In this document: positions 25,684-35,717 of the stretch, one piece after another
How the letters are laid out: each line of letters starts with the position of its first letter
How positions within the stretch are numbered: the first letter of the stretch is position 1
Assembly (NCBI RefSeq): GCF_032062105.1
Contig: NW_026923049.1
Coordinates: 1-64,000 of the forward strand
Direction: 5' to 3'
DNA: 64,000 nt
Origin: Saccostrea cucullata
Taxonomy: Eukaryota
Program-made: the position numbers and the translations under genes
The notes under the pieces: model-generated
The model's input: the letters and a program-made list of their open reading frames with translations, nothing else
What the model was told of the DNA's origin: nothing
Database searches by the model: none

Positions 25684-25800
25684 CTTTAACATTTATGTTC
25701 CTTTAATTTTGGATCCAAACGCGAAAAAATAATTATAAAAACATGTTTAGTCTTTTTTGTTCTACAACCGCCATTTTGCTCTTTCTGTCAAAACAGTAAT
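25684..25800 (-). promoter_or_regulatory. Probable non-coding first exon/promoter of MICAL with YY1-type motif AAAATGGCGG (25768-25777)
   Basis: AAG|GTAGG donor at 25683, YY1-like motif, local CpG enrichment; the next acceptor (ttactatag) opens an exon at 24611, upstream of the ATG. The 5' end is approximate. Confidence 0.5.
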
Positions 25801-26648
25801 TTCGAGCCCGACCCGAATATTTTTTTGAATTGCGTCGATAAGCAAAAGCAATATTGTAAAAATGTTCTCCACTGTTTATATTATGCATAAGTTTCCTCAC
25901 CATTTAATAATTTTTTTTAAAAAAATAACACAAATAGAATTAGAAAATATTTTAAAATAAAAGTAAAAGTGTTTAAAAAACAAATTGAATAAAATAAAAG
26001 GCTTATTTAAAATGATAATCTCGATTTTTGAAATATCCGATGTTGAAATTCCTTTGACCTTTTCCCTAAAAGGATTACCAACTATGCTACTTGAAGAATA
26101 TTAAAACCAGGGAACTATAATATGAGTGTATTTGTCCCTGTTAAAACATTCTATCTTTTTTTCCAAAAAGATAATTAACTTGAAATATAATATAGAAATA
26201 TGTTTCAATTAATTCATTTTGTAAAATTTTTGGTGTGTGTAAAATTATGTAAATGCTAGAACAAATTTCATTTCAACCATCTGTTTATGCATGAAAGGTA
26301 TTAATGCATTTGTTTCTGTAATAAATTTCTAATTATTACAGTTCTAAACAAGTGCCTGTGCTGAAAGGTTACAATTGACAGAAATCTGTTATTATGGGAT
26401 TATAAAGATTTTCCCGTATTAACTTATGATAATATTGTTGCTGATGTCCATAAATTTATTGATAAAACAGGTATAGATATTTGATTGACGTGTTTTATTC
26501 CAGTATATCACTTGAACATATGTTTTAAATTAAATGCATTATTTGCAAGACATGTTAATTATTATACATATAGAAAGGGGAGTAAGTAAGTTGTAAGACT
26601 TTTTGATAACATGTAACTGCACAATACTGATGTATAAGATGTGTTCAA

Positions 26649-27034
26649 CATCGGCGTCGGAAGCGATCGAATTGAAAGGGGAGGGGAGTGAAGGAGAAAA
26701 AAATTGAAAAGTAAAATTGAAAAGCAAAAAGACAAAAAAGGAAAATGTGTCCATTGGTCTATTGTCCAAACACAAGAATCTTATTTCGTAGGGGGATGGT
26801 GGTTTCTTAATTTCAGTATATTTTTTTATCCAAATATTACCACATACCCTTCTTTGACCCAAACTGCAACCGTGCAACGTGCCTGTTGAAAGTGGGGGAA
26901 AGGTTAATCCTATGCCCTCATATTCAAAGTCTATAATTATAATGTCCACTTTTGCAAAATGTGGGGGGAGGAACTACTATAGTATGTCTGCATATATATC
27001 CCCCCCCCCTCTCCCCCGGGTTCCGACGTCTATG
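26649..27034. mobile_element. Degenerate MITE (CATAGGCGTCGGAA-type TIR)
   Basis: catcggcgtcggaag ... gttccgacgtctatg with G/C-run subterminals. Confidence 0.5.
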
Positions 27035-27262
27035 TTCGATACAAAGCAATGATCGAATTATACAAAATTCTTTTGAAGAAAGAATGTATAATTTTTTCAA
27101 CTTTTCAATATTGTTATTGTGTTTGTGTTATACAGTGTTATATACACGTTTCCTCAAATACCTGTGTATATACTCCACACCTCCTCGCAAATACTGCCAT
27201 CCAGATTCCTCCATGTTTTGCCCAGGATTTCTACCGCATGGGTCCGCTGTTGAGGGAAGAAA

Positions 27263-27329
27263 TAGCCTGTTTCCCTGGTATTCCCATAAAGCTGCGCAGC
27301 ATTATGGGAAGGCCAGGGAAACAGGCTTA
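27263..27329. mobile_element. 67-bp hairpin element with 9-bp TSD
   Basis: gggaagaaa|TAGCCTGTTTCCCTGG...CCAGGGAAACAGGCTTA|gggaagaaa. Confidence 0.75.
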
Positions 27330-28011
27330 GGGAAGAAATGGAAAGGGGGGATTGAAATAAACGTGTTCCCAACTATTGTGTTCCCGACTATTTTGTCGTC
27401 ACAAAAGATTATTAATTGAAGCGTATAGCCCTAATAGAGGAGCAAAAATACATGTACAAGTCTAATTTTAATTAGATTGGACTTTTATGATTTTTTTCCC
27501 TACCTATATCCCTATGTTAAACTTGGACTCTCCTGGCAGGCTCTCCCTACCCCATGATTTGTCATATTCAAACAAATTTGAAAAATATACAAAGTAAACA
27601 AGTTTTCACCTTAGTTTCAACTGTTTTGACACAGTGGTTCTTTAGAAGATTATTAATATTGATAATAGTTTTAAACGATGCCACTAAAATTTCAAATCCC
27701 CTAAGTGACCCAAGGATGCTTTAATTGTGACAAGTTTAGTTGAAATTGGCCCAGTGGTTTTTAGAAAAGTAATAAATGACAGATCTTATTTTTATGATAA
27801 AATAAAGTGCCACGCCACAGCATGATACGCCCATCAAAAAATTATAATTAACTTAAATGGTTTAGAGTGCAAGAAAACCATGTCAACCTTGATTCTAAAA
27901 TTTCCATAATTTTTTCTATTCCTTAAAATATTTGTTTATCCATCCCCTGTGGTGTAGGCATTAATCATAGCATCATTGATAGATTTCTATACTGGTTGTA
28001 TTAGACCTTGT

Positions 28012-28604
28012 TGATGAGTAGTAATTTTAGGCTCAAAAGTAATGAAGTGATTTATGATTAAATGTCCAGAGTTACAGGCATTTGGATGCATTGCCCAGAC
28101 TAGTCAAGCTGTGTTGGGGTAATTAAAAGTAGAGCAGTGTCTAGTGTGGTCAAGAATAATGAGTCTTTAATGAGTGGAGCAATGGGAGCTATTGTTCGTA
28201 GAATCGGGAGCCGTGTATTGAGTTAAGGTCAAGCTAGGTTATGACAGTTTGATAAGGATTTGATAAAGATATATGTAGAGTTGGAGTAAGTTAATTAATA
28301 GGATGGAGCTAATGTTTTAGATAATCATCTATTGGAGCTAAGATTAGTATATAATAAGTGTGACATTTTTAGAAGGGGGGACTCCTTTATTAGGATTTAG
28401 GCAGTACTAGCTAGCATAAATGTAACATCTTTTGTTTGTATTGTGCCTCCTCATTGTATATATGTAAATAAATTAGTGCACGGTTTACTGACTTTTTATT
28501 GGAAATAGCATTACAAGGATTTATTAACCAAGGATATCTTAATTACAATTGGATATATACGAAGTGGAATTAAAAAGTATAAATGCTCGGTCACCTCCGT
28601 GACA
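28012..28604 (+). repeat. 5' LTR (593 bp)
   Basis: Matches the 3' LTR except two positions seen by eye; TATA-like tatataat at 28348. Confidence 0.97.
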
Positions 28605-28610
28605 TATTTT

Positions 28611-28630
28611 TGGTGTCAGAAGTGGGATTC
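28611..28630 (+). promoter_or_regulatory. Primer binding site complementary to tRNA-Leu (CAA type)
   Basis: TGGTGTCAGAAGTGGGATTC is the reverse complement of the tRNA-Leu 3' end ...GAATCCCACTTCTGACACCA. Confidence 0.88.
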
Positions 28631-28771
28631 CAGCATTCACATGAACTGGAAATATATTAGAACCTGTGTCTTTTTCAAAATTGGATTATTGTGTGTGTGT
28701 TTGGAAGAATTTAATATTCATTGGATTAATTTGTGAACATTCATTGGATTAATTTTTGAATTCTGTTAAAA

Positions 28772-29686
28772 ATGGGAAGAAAAGGAAGGCAAAGAAGTGT
28801 ATCTCCGATTTCGTCACCTAGGATGTTCACCAGTCAGCGAGAAGCTACCGATGATAGAATAGAATCAAAATCTCATGTTACGCCATCCAAATTCTATGGA
28901 GATGTTGGAGATGATTTCGAGAGTTGGATCAAAACATTTGAAAGGATAAGTCGTGCTAACAAATGGAGACCTGAGAGGAAAATTGAAATGCTACCTGCAT
29001 ATTTGAGAGGTCGTGCAGCTGATTTTTACGAAGATTTAGATCAAGATGTCCAAGAAGATTTTGACAAGTTACTTGATCGCATGAAGGAGAGATTTTGTCC
29101 AAAAGAGTTGCAGAGAATGTATTACACAGAATTATTTCAAAGAAAACAGCTAGCTCGAGAAAATGTTGAAGATTATGGAAGTGCTATTTTGAAGTTGGCT
29201 AGACGTGCACATGGAGGAGTTTCTTTAGATGAACATGACAGGCTTGTCATGGAGCATTTCTTGCAAGGTTTACGTCCTGAGCTACGTCGTTATGTCATGA
29301 TGGCAGATCCTCAAAGTTTTGAACAGGCTTTCAGAATTGCAAAAAGAGAAGAATGTAACGAGCAACTGATAATGAGTAGCCAACCAGAACCTGCTAAAGT
29401 CAACGTAGTTGCAAACGAAATGAAAGTTATTATGGATTCTTTTGAGAAGATGACAGGGAAGTTGGATACAATTGCAGGAAAGCTAGATGGTCTTAATCTT
29501 ACATCAATGAAACGTGTGGCACCTACTCGCCATGTTCCACCTCAAGGAAGTTATGAGTCAAGAAATCGTCAGACAAGACGTTGTTATAATTGTGGACGAA
29601 ATAATCACCTTGCCAGAGAATGTCGATTTGCAACAAGCACCCCAAGAAAATTTGTAAGGATTCCTCAGCGTACAGGTTTAAACTAA
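28772..29686 (+). CDS. gag: Gag (capsid plus CCHC zinc knuckle)
   Basis: PSKFYGD...W...FE, Q...E.VEDY, FLQGL, CYNCGRNNHLAREC. Confidence 0.95.
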   Translation: MGRKGRQRSVSPISSPRMFTSQREATDDRIESKSHVTPSKFYGDVGDDFESWIKTFERISRANKWRPERKIEMLPAYLRGRAADFYEDLDQDVQEDFDKLLDRMKERFCPKELQRMYYTELFQRKQLARENVEDYGSAILKLARRAHGGVSLDEHDRLVMEHFLQGLRPELRRYVMMADPQSFEQAFRIAKREECNEQLIMSSQPEPAKVNVVANEMKVIMDSFEKMTGKLDTIAGKLDGLNLTSMKRVAPTRHVPPQGSYESRNRQTRRCYNCGRNNHLARECRFATSTPRKFVRIPQRTGLN

Positions 29687-29718
29687 AGCAGACCTCCTTA
29701 GGAGAGGGTAAGGCGGTC
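29677..29718 (+). promoter_or_regulatory. -1 programmed ribosomal frameshift signal
   Basis: T TTA AAC in the gag frame; 7-nt spacer; stem GACC(T)CCTTA / TAAGG(C)GGTC; pol is in the -1 frame. Confidence 0.8.
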
Positions 29719-29889
29719 ATCAGTGAAAAAGAAAATGCCTCTGACAAAAGGATTTTATGTAAAAACAGTGATGAAACAAAATGTGAAAAAAGAAAATGTG
29801 AAAATTTTGTGAAAGTACCTTCTTTAGTTAAAGGTGATTAACAGGGAATACAAATAAAAGGGAAAATTTTTGGAATTGATGCTGTTCTA

Positions 29890-32800
29890 ATGTTGGATAC
29901 AGGAGCCGTTGTTTCTTTGATCAGTGACAGATTTATTGGCCCAGAAATGAGAAATAAATTGACTTCGACAGACAGACGTATAGTATCAGCAACTGGTCAA
30001 GCTATTGATGTGATAGGCATTGTTGAGTGTGAAATTGAAGTTAACTGTGAATTATTCAAACATAATGTGTATGTTGCAAGAAACCTTTGTTATGGTGTGA
30101 TTATTGGAACAGATATTTTGAAAAGTGTTGGTGCAGTTCTTGACATGGAGGATGGCTCAGTATATTGGAATGGAAGTTATGTCAAGTTTTTGAGGGAAAA
30201 CCGTAATGTTAGATGTTCTGTTCATTTGGCTGAAACAATTGAAATACCTGAAAGATCCCAAGTAGTGTGTAATGCAAGAGTCAGTCCAGAATTTTATGGA
30301 AAAATTGGAATTGTGGAGCCTAAGAGCGATTTTATGGAGAAGTATAGTGTTATGCCAGCTAGAGTATTAAGCAGAGCGTGTGAATTGATGGCAGTTACAG
30401 TTGTAAATTCATCAAGTCAACCTGTGATTCTACATGAAAAAGTGAATATTGGAAGTTTCTGTGAAGTGTGTGAAATTCATGACAGTGATGCAGTCAATGA
30501 AATACCAGAGAAAGAAAAGGAGAGAAGTGACATTTTGAAGGATTTAAATATAGATGTAGGAAAAATGTCCGAAGAACAGAAAGAGGAAGTCAGAAGATTA
30601 TTTAGCGAATATCTTGATGTTTTCGCAAAGGATGATAATGATTTAGGAGAAACAAGTTTAGTCAACCATCAAATTGACACGGGAGATGCTCACCCTATAA
30701 AACAGCGACCTTATCCAATACCATTTGCACAGAAAGAAGAAGTAAGGAAACAGATTAAGAGTATGCTAGAAAAAGAAGTTATAAGACCTTCAAGTAGTCC
30801 ATGGGGATCACCTGTAGTGTTGGTGAAGAAGTCCGATGGAAGTTATAGATTTTGCATAGATTATAGAAGAGTGAATGCAGTCACTAGGAAGGATGTGTAT
30901 CCCTTGCCTAGAATAGATGAGATGTTAGAAGTTTTTCAGAAAGCGAAGTATTTTTCTGTCATGGATGTATTAACAGGCTATTGGAATGTACCTGTATGTG
31001 AAGAGGATAAAGAGAAAACTGCATTTGTAACGTCGGAAGGATTATATGAGTTTAATTGTCTCCCGTTTGGATTGTGCAATGGTCCTAGTACATTTCAAAG
31101 GTTAATGGATTTGGTTTTATCAGGAATACAGTGGAAAATGGCTTTGGCATATATTGATGATATCATAGTTTTCTCAAATACATTTGAAGAGCATATTGAA
31201 AGATTGGAGGAAGTATTCAGGAGATTAAGGGGAGCAAATTTAAGATTGAAGAGAAGAAAGTGTTCGTTTTTCAAAAGTGAAGTGGAATTTCTCGGACATA
31301 TTATATCATCAGAAGGAGTGAAAGCAGATCCTAAGAAGGTAGAAGCTGTGCGCAACTTTCCAAGACCAACTTCCATAAGATTTTTAAGAGCATTCCTTGG
31401 ACTGGCCTCATATTACCGCAAATTTATTCCTAACTTTGCGAAGATTGCAGATCCGTTAAATAAACTTTTACATAAGGAGACATTATTTTCCTGGGATCAG
31501 AAGTGTGAAGAAGCTTTTCAAAAATTGAAAGAGTTGATGACTATTGCTCCAGTGTTGTGTTTTCCTGATTTTGAAAAACCATTCAAACTCAGTACTGATG
31601 CCAGTGATCAAGGTTTGGGAGTAGTTCTTTCACAAGAAACTGATGTTGGAGAGCGTCCTATTGCATATGCCAGTAGAAGTTTGAAGAAAAGTGAATTAAA
31701 CTACCCTACCATTGAAAAGGAAGCTTTAGCTGTTGTGTGGGGAATTGGAATATTTAGACAGTATTTATTTGGACACAAATTCACTGTTATTACAGATCAC
31801 AATCCATTGCGTTGGCTTATGGGGATAAAGAATCCAAGTGGAAGATTAGCAAGATGGGCTTTAGCTATCCAGGAGTATGATTTTGAAATTCAGTATAAAC
31901 CTGGTAAGAAACATGGAAATGCTGATGGATTGTCGAGATGTGGGAGTGGAGAACCAAGAATAATGTTCTTAGAAGAGCTACCAGAAAAACTTCAATTAAA
32001 GAGTATAAGTGAAATGCAAATGAAGGATCCAAAGTTACGAGATATTATTGACTACCTGAAAGATAATAAACTTTCAACAGACGAGGAGAGAGCTAGACGA
32101 GTTATGGCTTCTGTTTCATTTTATGAGCTAGTGGATGATGTGCTTTATCATATTTGGGCACCAGATGTTAAAGGAAAGCGTAAAGAAGTTAGAAGGAGAT
32201 TAGTTATTCCAAGGACACTGATTGATGAAGTTTTAACGTGGTGTCACAATGACCATACAGCAGGACACCTGGCATTCCATAAAACTTATTATAAAATTCG
32301 ATCGAGATTCTTTTGGGAAGGAATGTATAAAGACATAGATTTCTGGTGCAAATCATGTCTAAACTGTGCGAGTAGAAAAACACCTAAAGGGAGAAAACGA
32401 GCTCCAATGTTACCCATACCTGTTGATGGACCATTTGACAGAGTTGCGGTTGATGTTTTAGGACCATTACCACCAAGTTTGAAAGGCAATCGTTATATAG
32501 TAGTGTTTTCAGATTACTTGACAAGATGGGTAGAAGCATTTCCAGTATCAAATGCCGATGCGAAAACCACAGCAAAACTGTTCGTTGAAGAAATTATTTG
32601 TCGACATTCAGCTCCTCGTACATTACTTTCTGACAGAGGACGAAACTTCACTTCGAGTTTGATGAAGGAAGTATGTGATTTAGTGAATACAAAGAAGATA
32701 TTTACAACTGCTTACCATCCTCAGTGCGATGGATTGGTAGAGAAATTCAATGACACTTTAACAACTATGCTGTCAATGTTTGTGAATGATCATCAGCGAG

Positions 32801-33615
32801 ACTGGGATGTTTTTATTCCATATGTGCTATTTGCCTATAGGACAAGTATACAGGAAACTATTCAGGAAACACCATTTTATTTAGTTTATGGAAGGGATGC
32901 GCGATTACCAGTTGATGTGGCATTATCTGAACCAACTCGTAGATATACTGATGTGGACGACTACAAAAATGTTATATTACATCGATTAAACGAGGCCTTC
33001 ACTTTAGTGAAAAGTAATATAGAACTTGCCCAACAAAAGCAAAAACAACACCAGGACAAGAATGCGAAAGAGCCAGAATTTAGTATTGGAGAAAGAGTTT
33101 GGATTTACTTGCCTGTGACAAAACAAGGTCTTACTCACAAATTAATTCATCCTTGGAATGGACCACATCGCATAATAGAAAAAACCTCACCTGTGAATTT
33201 TAAAGTTGAAAGTTGTGATAACAAAAGAAGAGAGCAGATTGTGCATGCAAACAGAATGAAAGCATTTGTTGATCCTGAAGATTTACCACCTAATCTGCGA
33301 TTTAATGAAGACCATTCTGACAACGAAAGAGAATCTGGAGATGAGAATGAAGAGAATTATCCAGGTGATGAAAATAATTCAGAATTAGAAAATGCACAAA
33401 GAACGGTGTTAGAACCTGAAATAATAGAAGTTTGTGATAAGTTATGGTCCAGGAATGATAAAGGGAGAGCAGAAGCTAAATATTTTGTGAAATATAAAAA
33501 TGATGAAAAAGAAAGTACATGGGTGGATTCTTCACTAGTTCCAGGAAATTTAATCGAGGAATTTGAAAGAAATTATAAAGGTCGAGGTGCTGCATTCAGA
33601 CAAAGAAAAAAATAA
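29890..33615 (+). CDS. pol: Pol: aspartic protease, RT, RNase H, integrase, chromodomain-like tail (frame extends upstream to the frameshift site, with one TAA at 29839)
   Basis: LDTGA, YIDD, TDAS...E.E...TDH, HHCC, DVLGP/SDRG/EKFN, GPH, YFVKY...STWV. Confidence 0.97.
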   Translation: MLDTGAVVSLISDRFIGPEMRNKLTSTDRRIVSATGQAIDVIGIVECEIEVNCELFKHNVYVARNLCYGVIIGTDILKSVGAVLDMEDGSVYWNGSYVKFLRENRNVRCSVHLAETIEIPERSQVVCNARVSPEFYGKIGIVEPKSDFMEKYSVMPARVLSRACELMAVTVVNSSSQPVILHEKVNIGSFCEVCEIHDSDAVNEIPEKEKERSDILKDLNIDVGKMSEEQKEEVRRLFSEYLDVFAKDDNDLGETSLVNHQIDTGDAHPIKQRPYPIPFAQKEEVRKQIKSMLEKEVIRPSSSPWGSPVVLVKKSDGSYRFCIDYRRVNAVTRKDVYPLPRIDEMLEVFQKAKYFSVMDVLTGYWNVPVCEEDKEKTAFVTSEGLYEFNCLPFGLCNGPSTFQRLMDLVLSGIQWKMALAYIDDIIVFSNTFEEHIERLEEVFRRLRGANLRLKRRKCSFFKSEVEFLGHIISSEGVKADPKKVEAVRNFPRPTSIRFLRAFLGLASYYRKFIPNFAKIADPLNKLLHKETLFSWDQKCEEAFQKLKELMTIAPVLCFPDFEKPFKLSTDASDQGLGVVLSQETDVGERPIAYASRSLKKSELNYPTIEKEALAVVWGIGIFRQYLFGHKFTVITDHNPLRWLMGIKNPSGRLARWALAIQEYDFEIQYKPGKKHGNADGLSRCGSGEPRIMFLEELPEKLQLKSISEMQMKDPKLRDIIDYLKDNKLSTDEERARRVMASVSFYELVDDVLYHIWAPDVKGKRKEVRRRLVIPRTLIDEVLTWCHNDHTAGHLAFHKTYYKIRSRFFWEGMYKDIDFWCKSCLNCASRKTPKGRKRAPMLPIPVDGPFDRVAVDVLGPLPPSLKGNRYIVVFSDYLTRWVEAFPVSNADAKTTAKLFVEEIICRHSAPRTLLSDRGRNFTSSLMKEVCDLVNTKKIFTTAYHPQCDGLVEKFNDTLTTMLSMFVNDHQRDWDVFIPYVLFAYRTSIQETIQETPFYLVYGRDARLPVDVALSEPTRRYTDVDDYKNVILHRLNEAFTLVKSNIELAQQKQKQHQDKNAKEPEFSIGERVWIYLPVTKQGLTHKLIHPWNGPHRIIEKTSPVNFKVESCDNKRREQIVHANRMKAFVDPEDLPPNLRFNEDHSDNERESGDENEENYPGDENNSELENAQRTVLEPEIIEVCDKLWSRNDKGRAEAKYFVKYKNDEKESTWVDSSLVPGNLIEEFERNYKGRGAAFRQRKK

Positions 33616-33940
33616 ATTGGTGACATAGTGAATAAGTGTGCGGATTACTAGGATTGTGATTTTCATGTGAAATTGTGAATATGTTAGTTCAGAAGATGAA
33701 GATAATGGTGATTCAGATAAATTTGACAGGAACCGTGACTTGCGTAATGTACATTAAGATGGCCAGTGCTCCAAAACCATATGGATGGCTCCAAGTTTCA
33801 TTGTGTGGTGCTCCCAAAACACATAAATTTTGGAATTTGGCATTTGTCAGCCCAGGTCTATATATTGGACATTGGAATGAAAACAACTTAAACTGAAATT
33901 TACTTTCTTGGAGAACATTCAACTTATTACATGTATTATT

Positions 33941-34660
33941 ATGGATTATTCTAAGAACTATTGTTCACTTTGTAACAGAGAATTTAAACACAGACGGAAT
34001 TTATACAGACATAACAGAGAGTGTCATTCCAATGGACATTACGATCATCAGTGCCCTGTGACGACGTGCGGTAAAGTTTTCGGAAGAAAATATGCTTTAA
34101 CACAGCACATGAAGAAGTACCACACTTATTATGATGAGCCTGAGCCAGTGTTTGTGACCATCAAGAACGACATGTACTCTGACATTTCAGATGAAGAAGA
34201 AGAGAATTTTGGAGAATTCTTTACAAATTATTATTCTCCTGTGAGCAACTTATCGTTAACATCATTAGAGGAAACAATGGAAACTCTTGTAAATCCAGAG
34301 GAAGACGAGCCCCAGAACCATGAAGTGAATCCTAACTATGAGGAAGAAGATGTGTCTGACCTTGAAGACCCTGAAAGTTCAGATGACCTAGAGCGGGAAG
34401 AAGAAGCAGAAGGACCAGATGACGACTTCAACCCCACCAAGACAGTGGAATTGATGTGTATAAACTTAACATTAAAACGATATCAACATACCTATGCAGA
34501 TGGACATCAATCTATAGAAAGAGAGACTGGAATAAGTTATAGTAAAGGATTAATACCAGAAGAAATTGACTTTTCTGAAATCGCGATGAATATCATCAAT
34601 GAAGTGCCAGAACATTTGAACAATTTGAGAAATCGTTTCGTGTCTGCTGAAATTTTGTGA
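33941..34660 (+). CDS. Accessory ORF3 of the Gypsy element: two C2H2 zinc fingers plus acidic region (239 aa)
   Basis: CSLC...F..RRNLYRH...H and CPVTTCGKVFGRKYALTQHMKKYH; D/E-rich tracts; lies between pol and the PPT; no signal peptide or TM segment seen. Confidence 0.88.
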   Translation: MDYSKNYCSLCNREFKHRRNLYRHNRECHSNGHYDHQCPVTTCGKVFGRKYALTQHMKKYHTYYDEPEPVFVTIKNDMYSDISDEEEENFGEFFTNYYSPVSNLSLTSLEETMETLVNPEEDEPQNHEVNPNYEEEDVSDLEDPESSDDLEREEEAEGPDDDFNPTKTVELMCINLTLKRYQHTYADGHQSIERETGISYSKGLIPEEIDFSEIAMNIINEVPEHLNNLRNRFVSAEIL

Positions 34661-35107
34661 ATTCTCTCGTACTTCGTGTTGATGTGCCTTTGGACTAAAT
34701 GACTTATTTTGGACTTTATAAATTATTCGCTTTGGATTAATATTTTCTATGAACAGTTTAACTTATAATTTGTGATTATGGACAGCTCAATACATTTTTA
34801 TGAACAGTTAAATATTTTTTTTAAATTGTATAACTGATGTTACACTGTGTTGATATGTGTTTGGTGGTTCATATATTGTGAAATGTTAGTGTTTGTTACT
34901 TAAGTAGGTGATGAAGAGATGCTCATGGGAAGATAATGATTTAAACTAATCAATGAAGTTTAGGAGATTTTACAATGGATTTTAAGGTGTATAGATTTGT
35001 TTAAGTAGGTTAGTTCTTTTTGATAAACGTTTCCATAATGTATCTAGAGGACATATTGTAGTTTTAGTGTTAATGTAATAGTAGTTGTAAACTGAGGACA
35101 GTTACTT

Positions 35108-35124
35108 AAAAAGAGGGGAAGGAA
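35108..35124 (+). promoter_or_regulatory. Polypurine tract
   Basis: aaaaagaggggaaggaa directly before the 3' LTR. Confidence 0.9.
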
Positions 35125-35717
35125 TGATGAGTAGTAATTTTAGGCTCAAAAGTAATGAAGTGATTTATGATTAAATGTCCAGAGTTACAGGCATTTGGAT
35201 GCATTGCCCAGACTAGTCAAGCTGTGTTGGGGTAATTAAAAGTAGAGCAGTGTCTAGTGTGGTCAAGAATAATGAGTCTTTAATGAGTGGAGCAATGGGA
35301 GCTATTGTTCGTAGAATCGGGAGCCGTGTATTGAGTTAAGGTCAAGCTAGGTTATGACAGTTTGATAAGGATTTGATAAAGATATATGTAGAGTTGGAGT
35401 AAGTTAATTAATAGGATGGAGCTAATGTTTTAGATAATCATCTATTGGAGCTAAGATTAGTATATAATAAGTGTGACATTTTTAGAAGGGGGGAGTGCTT
35501 TATTAGGATTTAGGCAGTACTAGCTAGCATAAATGTAACATCTTTTGTTTGTATTGTGCCTCCTCATTGTATATATGTAAATAAATTAGTGCACGGTTTA
35601 CTGACTTTTTATTGGAAATAGCATTACAAGGATTTATTAACCAAGGATATCTTAATTACAATTGGATATATACGAAGTGGAATTAAAAAGTATAAATGCT
35701 CGGTCACCTCCGTGACA
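35125..35717 (+). repeat. 3' LTR (593 bp)
   Basis: Direct repeat of 28012-28604. Confidence 0.97.

Larger units (their letters stand above)
28012..35717 (+). mobile_element. Full-length Ty3/Gypsy LTR retrotransposon with three ORFs
   Basis: TG...CA LTRs, TTGT TSD (28008-28011 and 35718-35721), PBS, PPT, PR-RT-RH-IN order. Confidence 0.98.

Noticed and set aside
18182-27280. 13-nt identity (gcctgtttccctg) between the 22-bp minisatellite and the 67-bp hairpin element
   Set aside because: Too short to distinguish from chance without a genome-wide test.
30477-32575. Antisense ORFs within pol
   Set aside because: Short shadow frames of the long sense ORF.
33941-34660. ORF3 as an envelope gene
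   Set aside because: No signal peptide, furin site or transmembrane segment; it has C2H2 fingers and acidic tracts instead.
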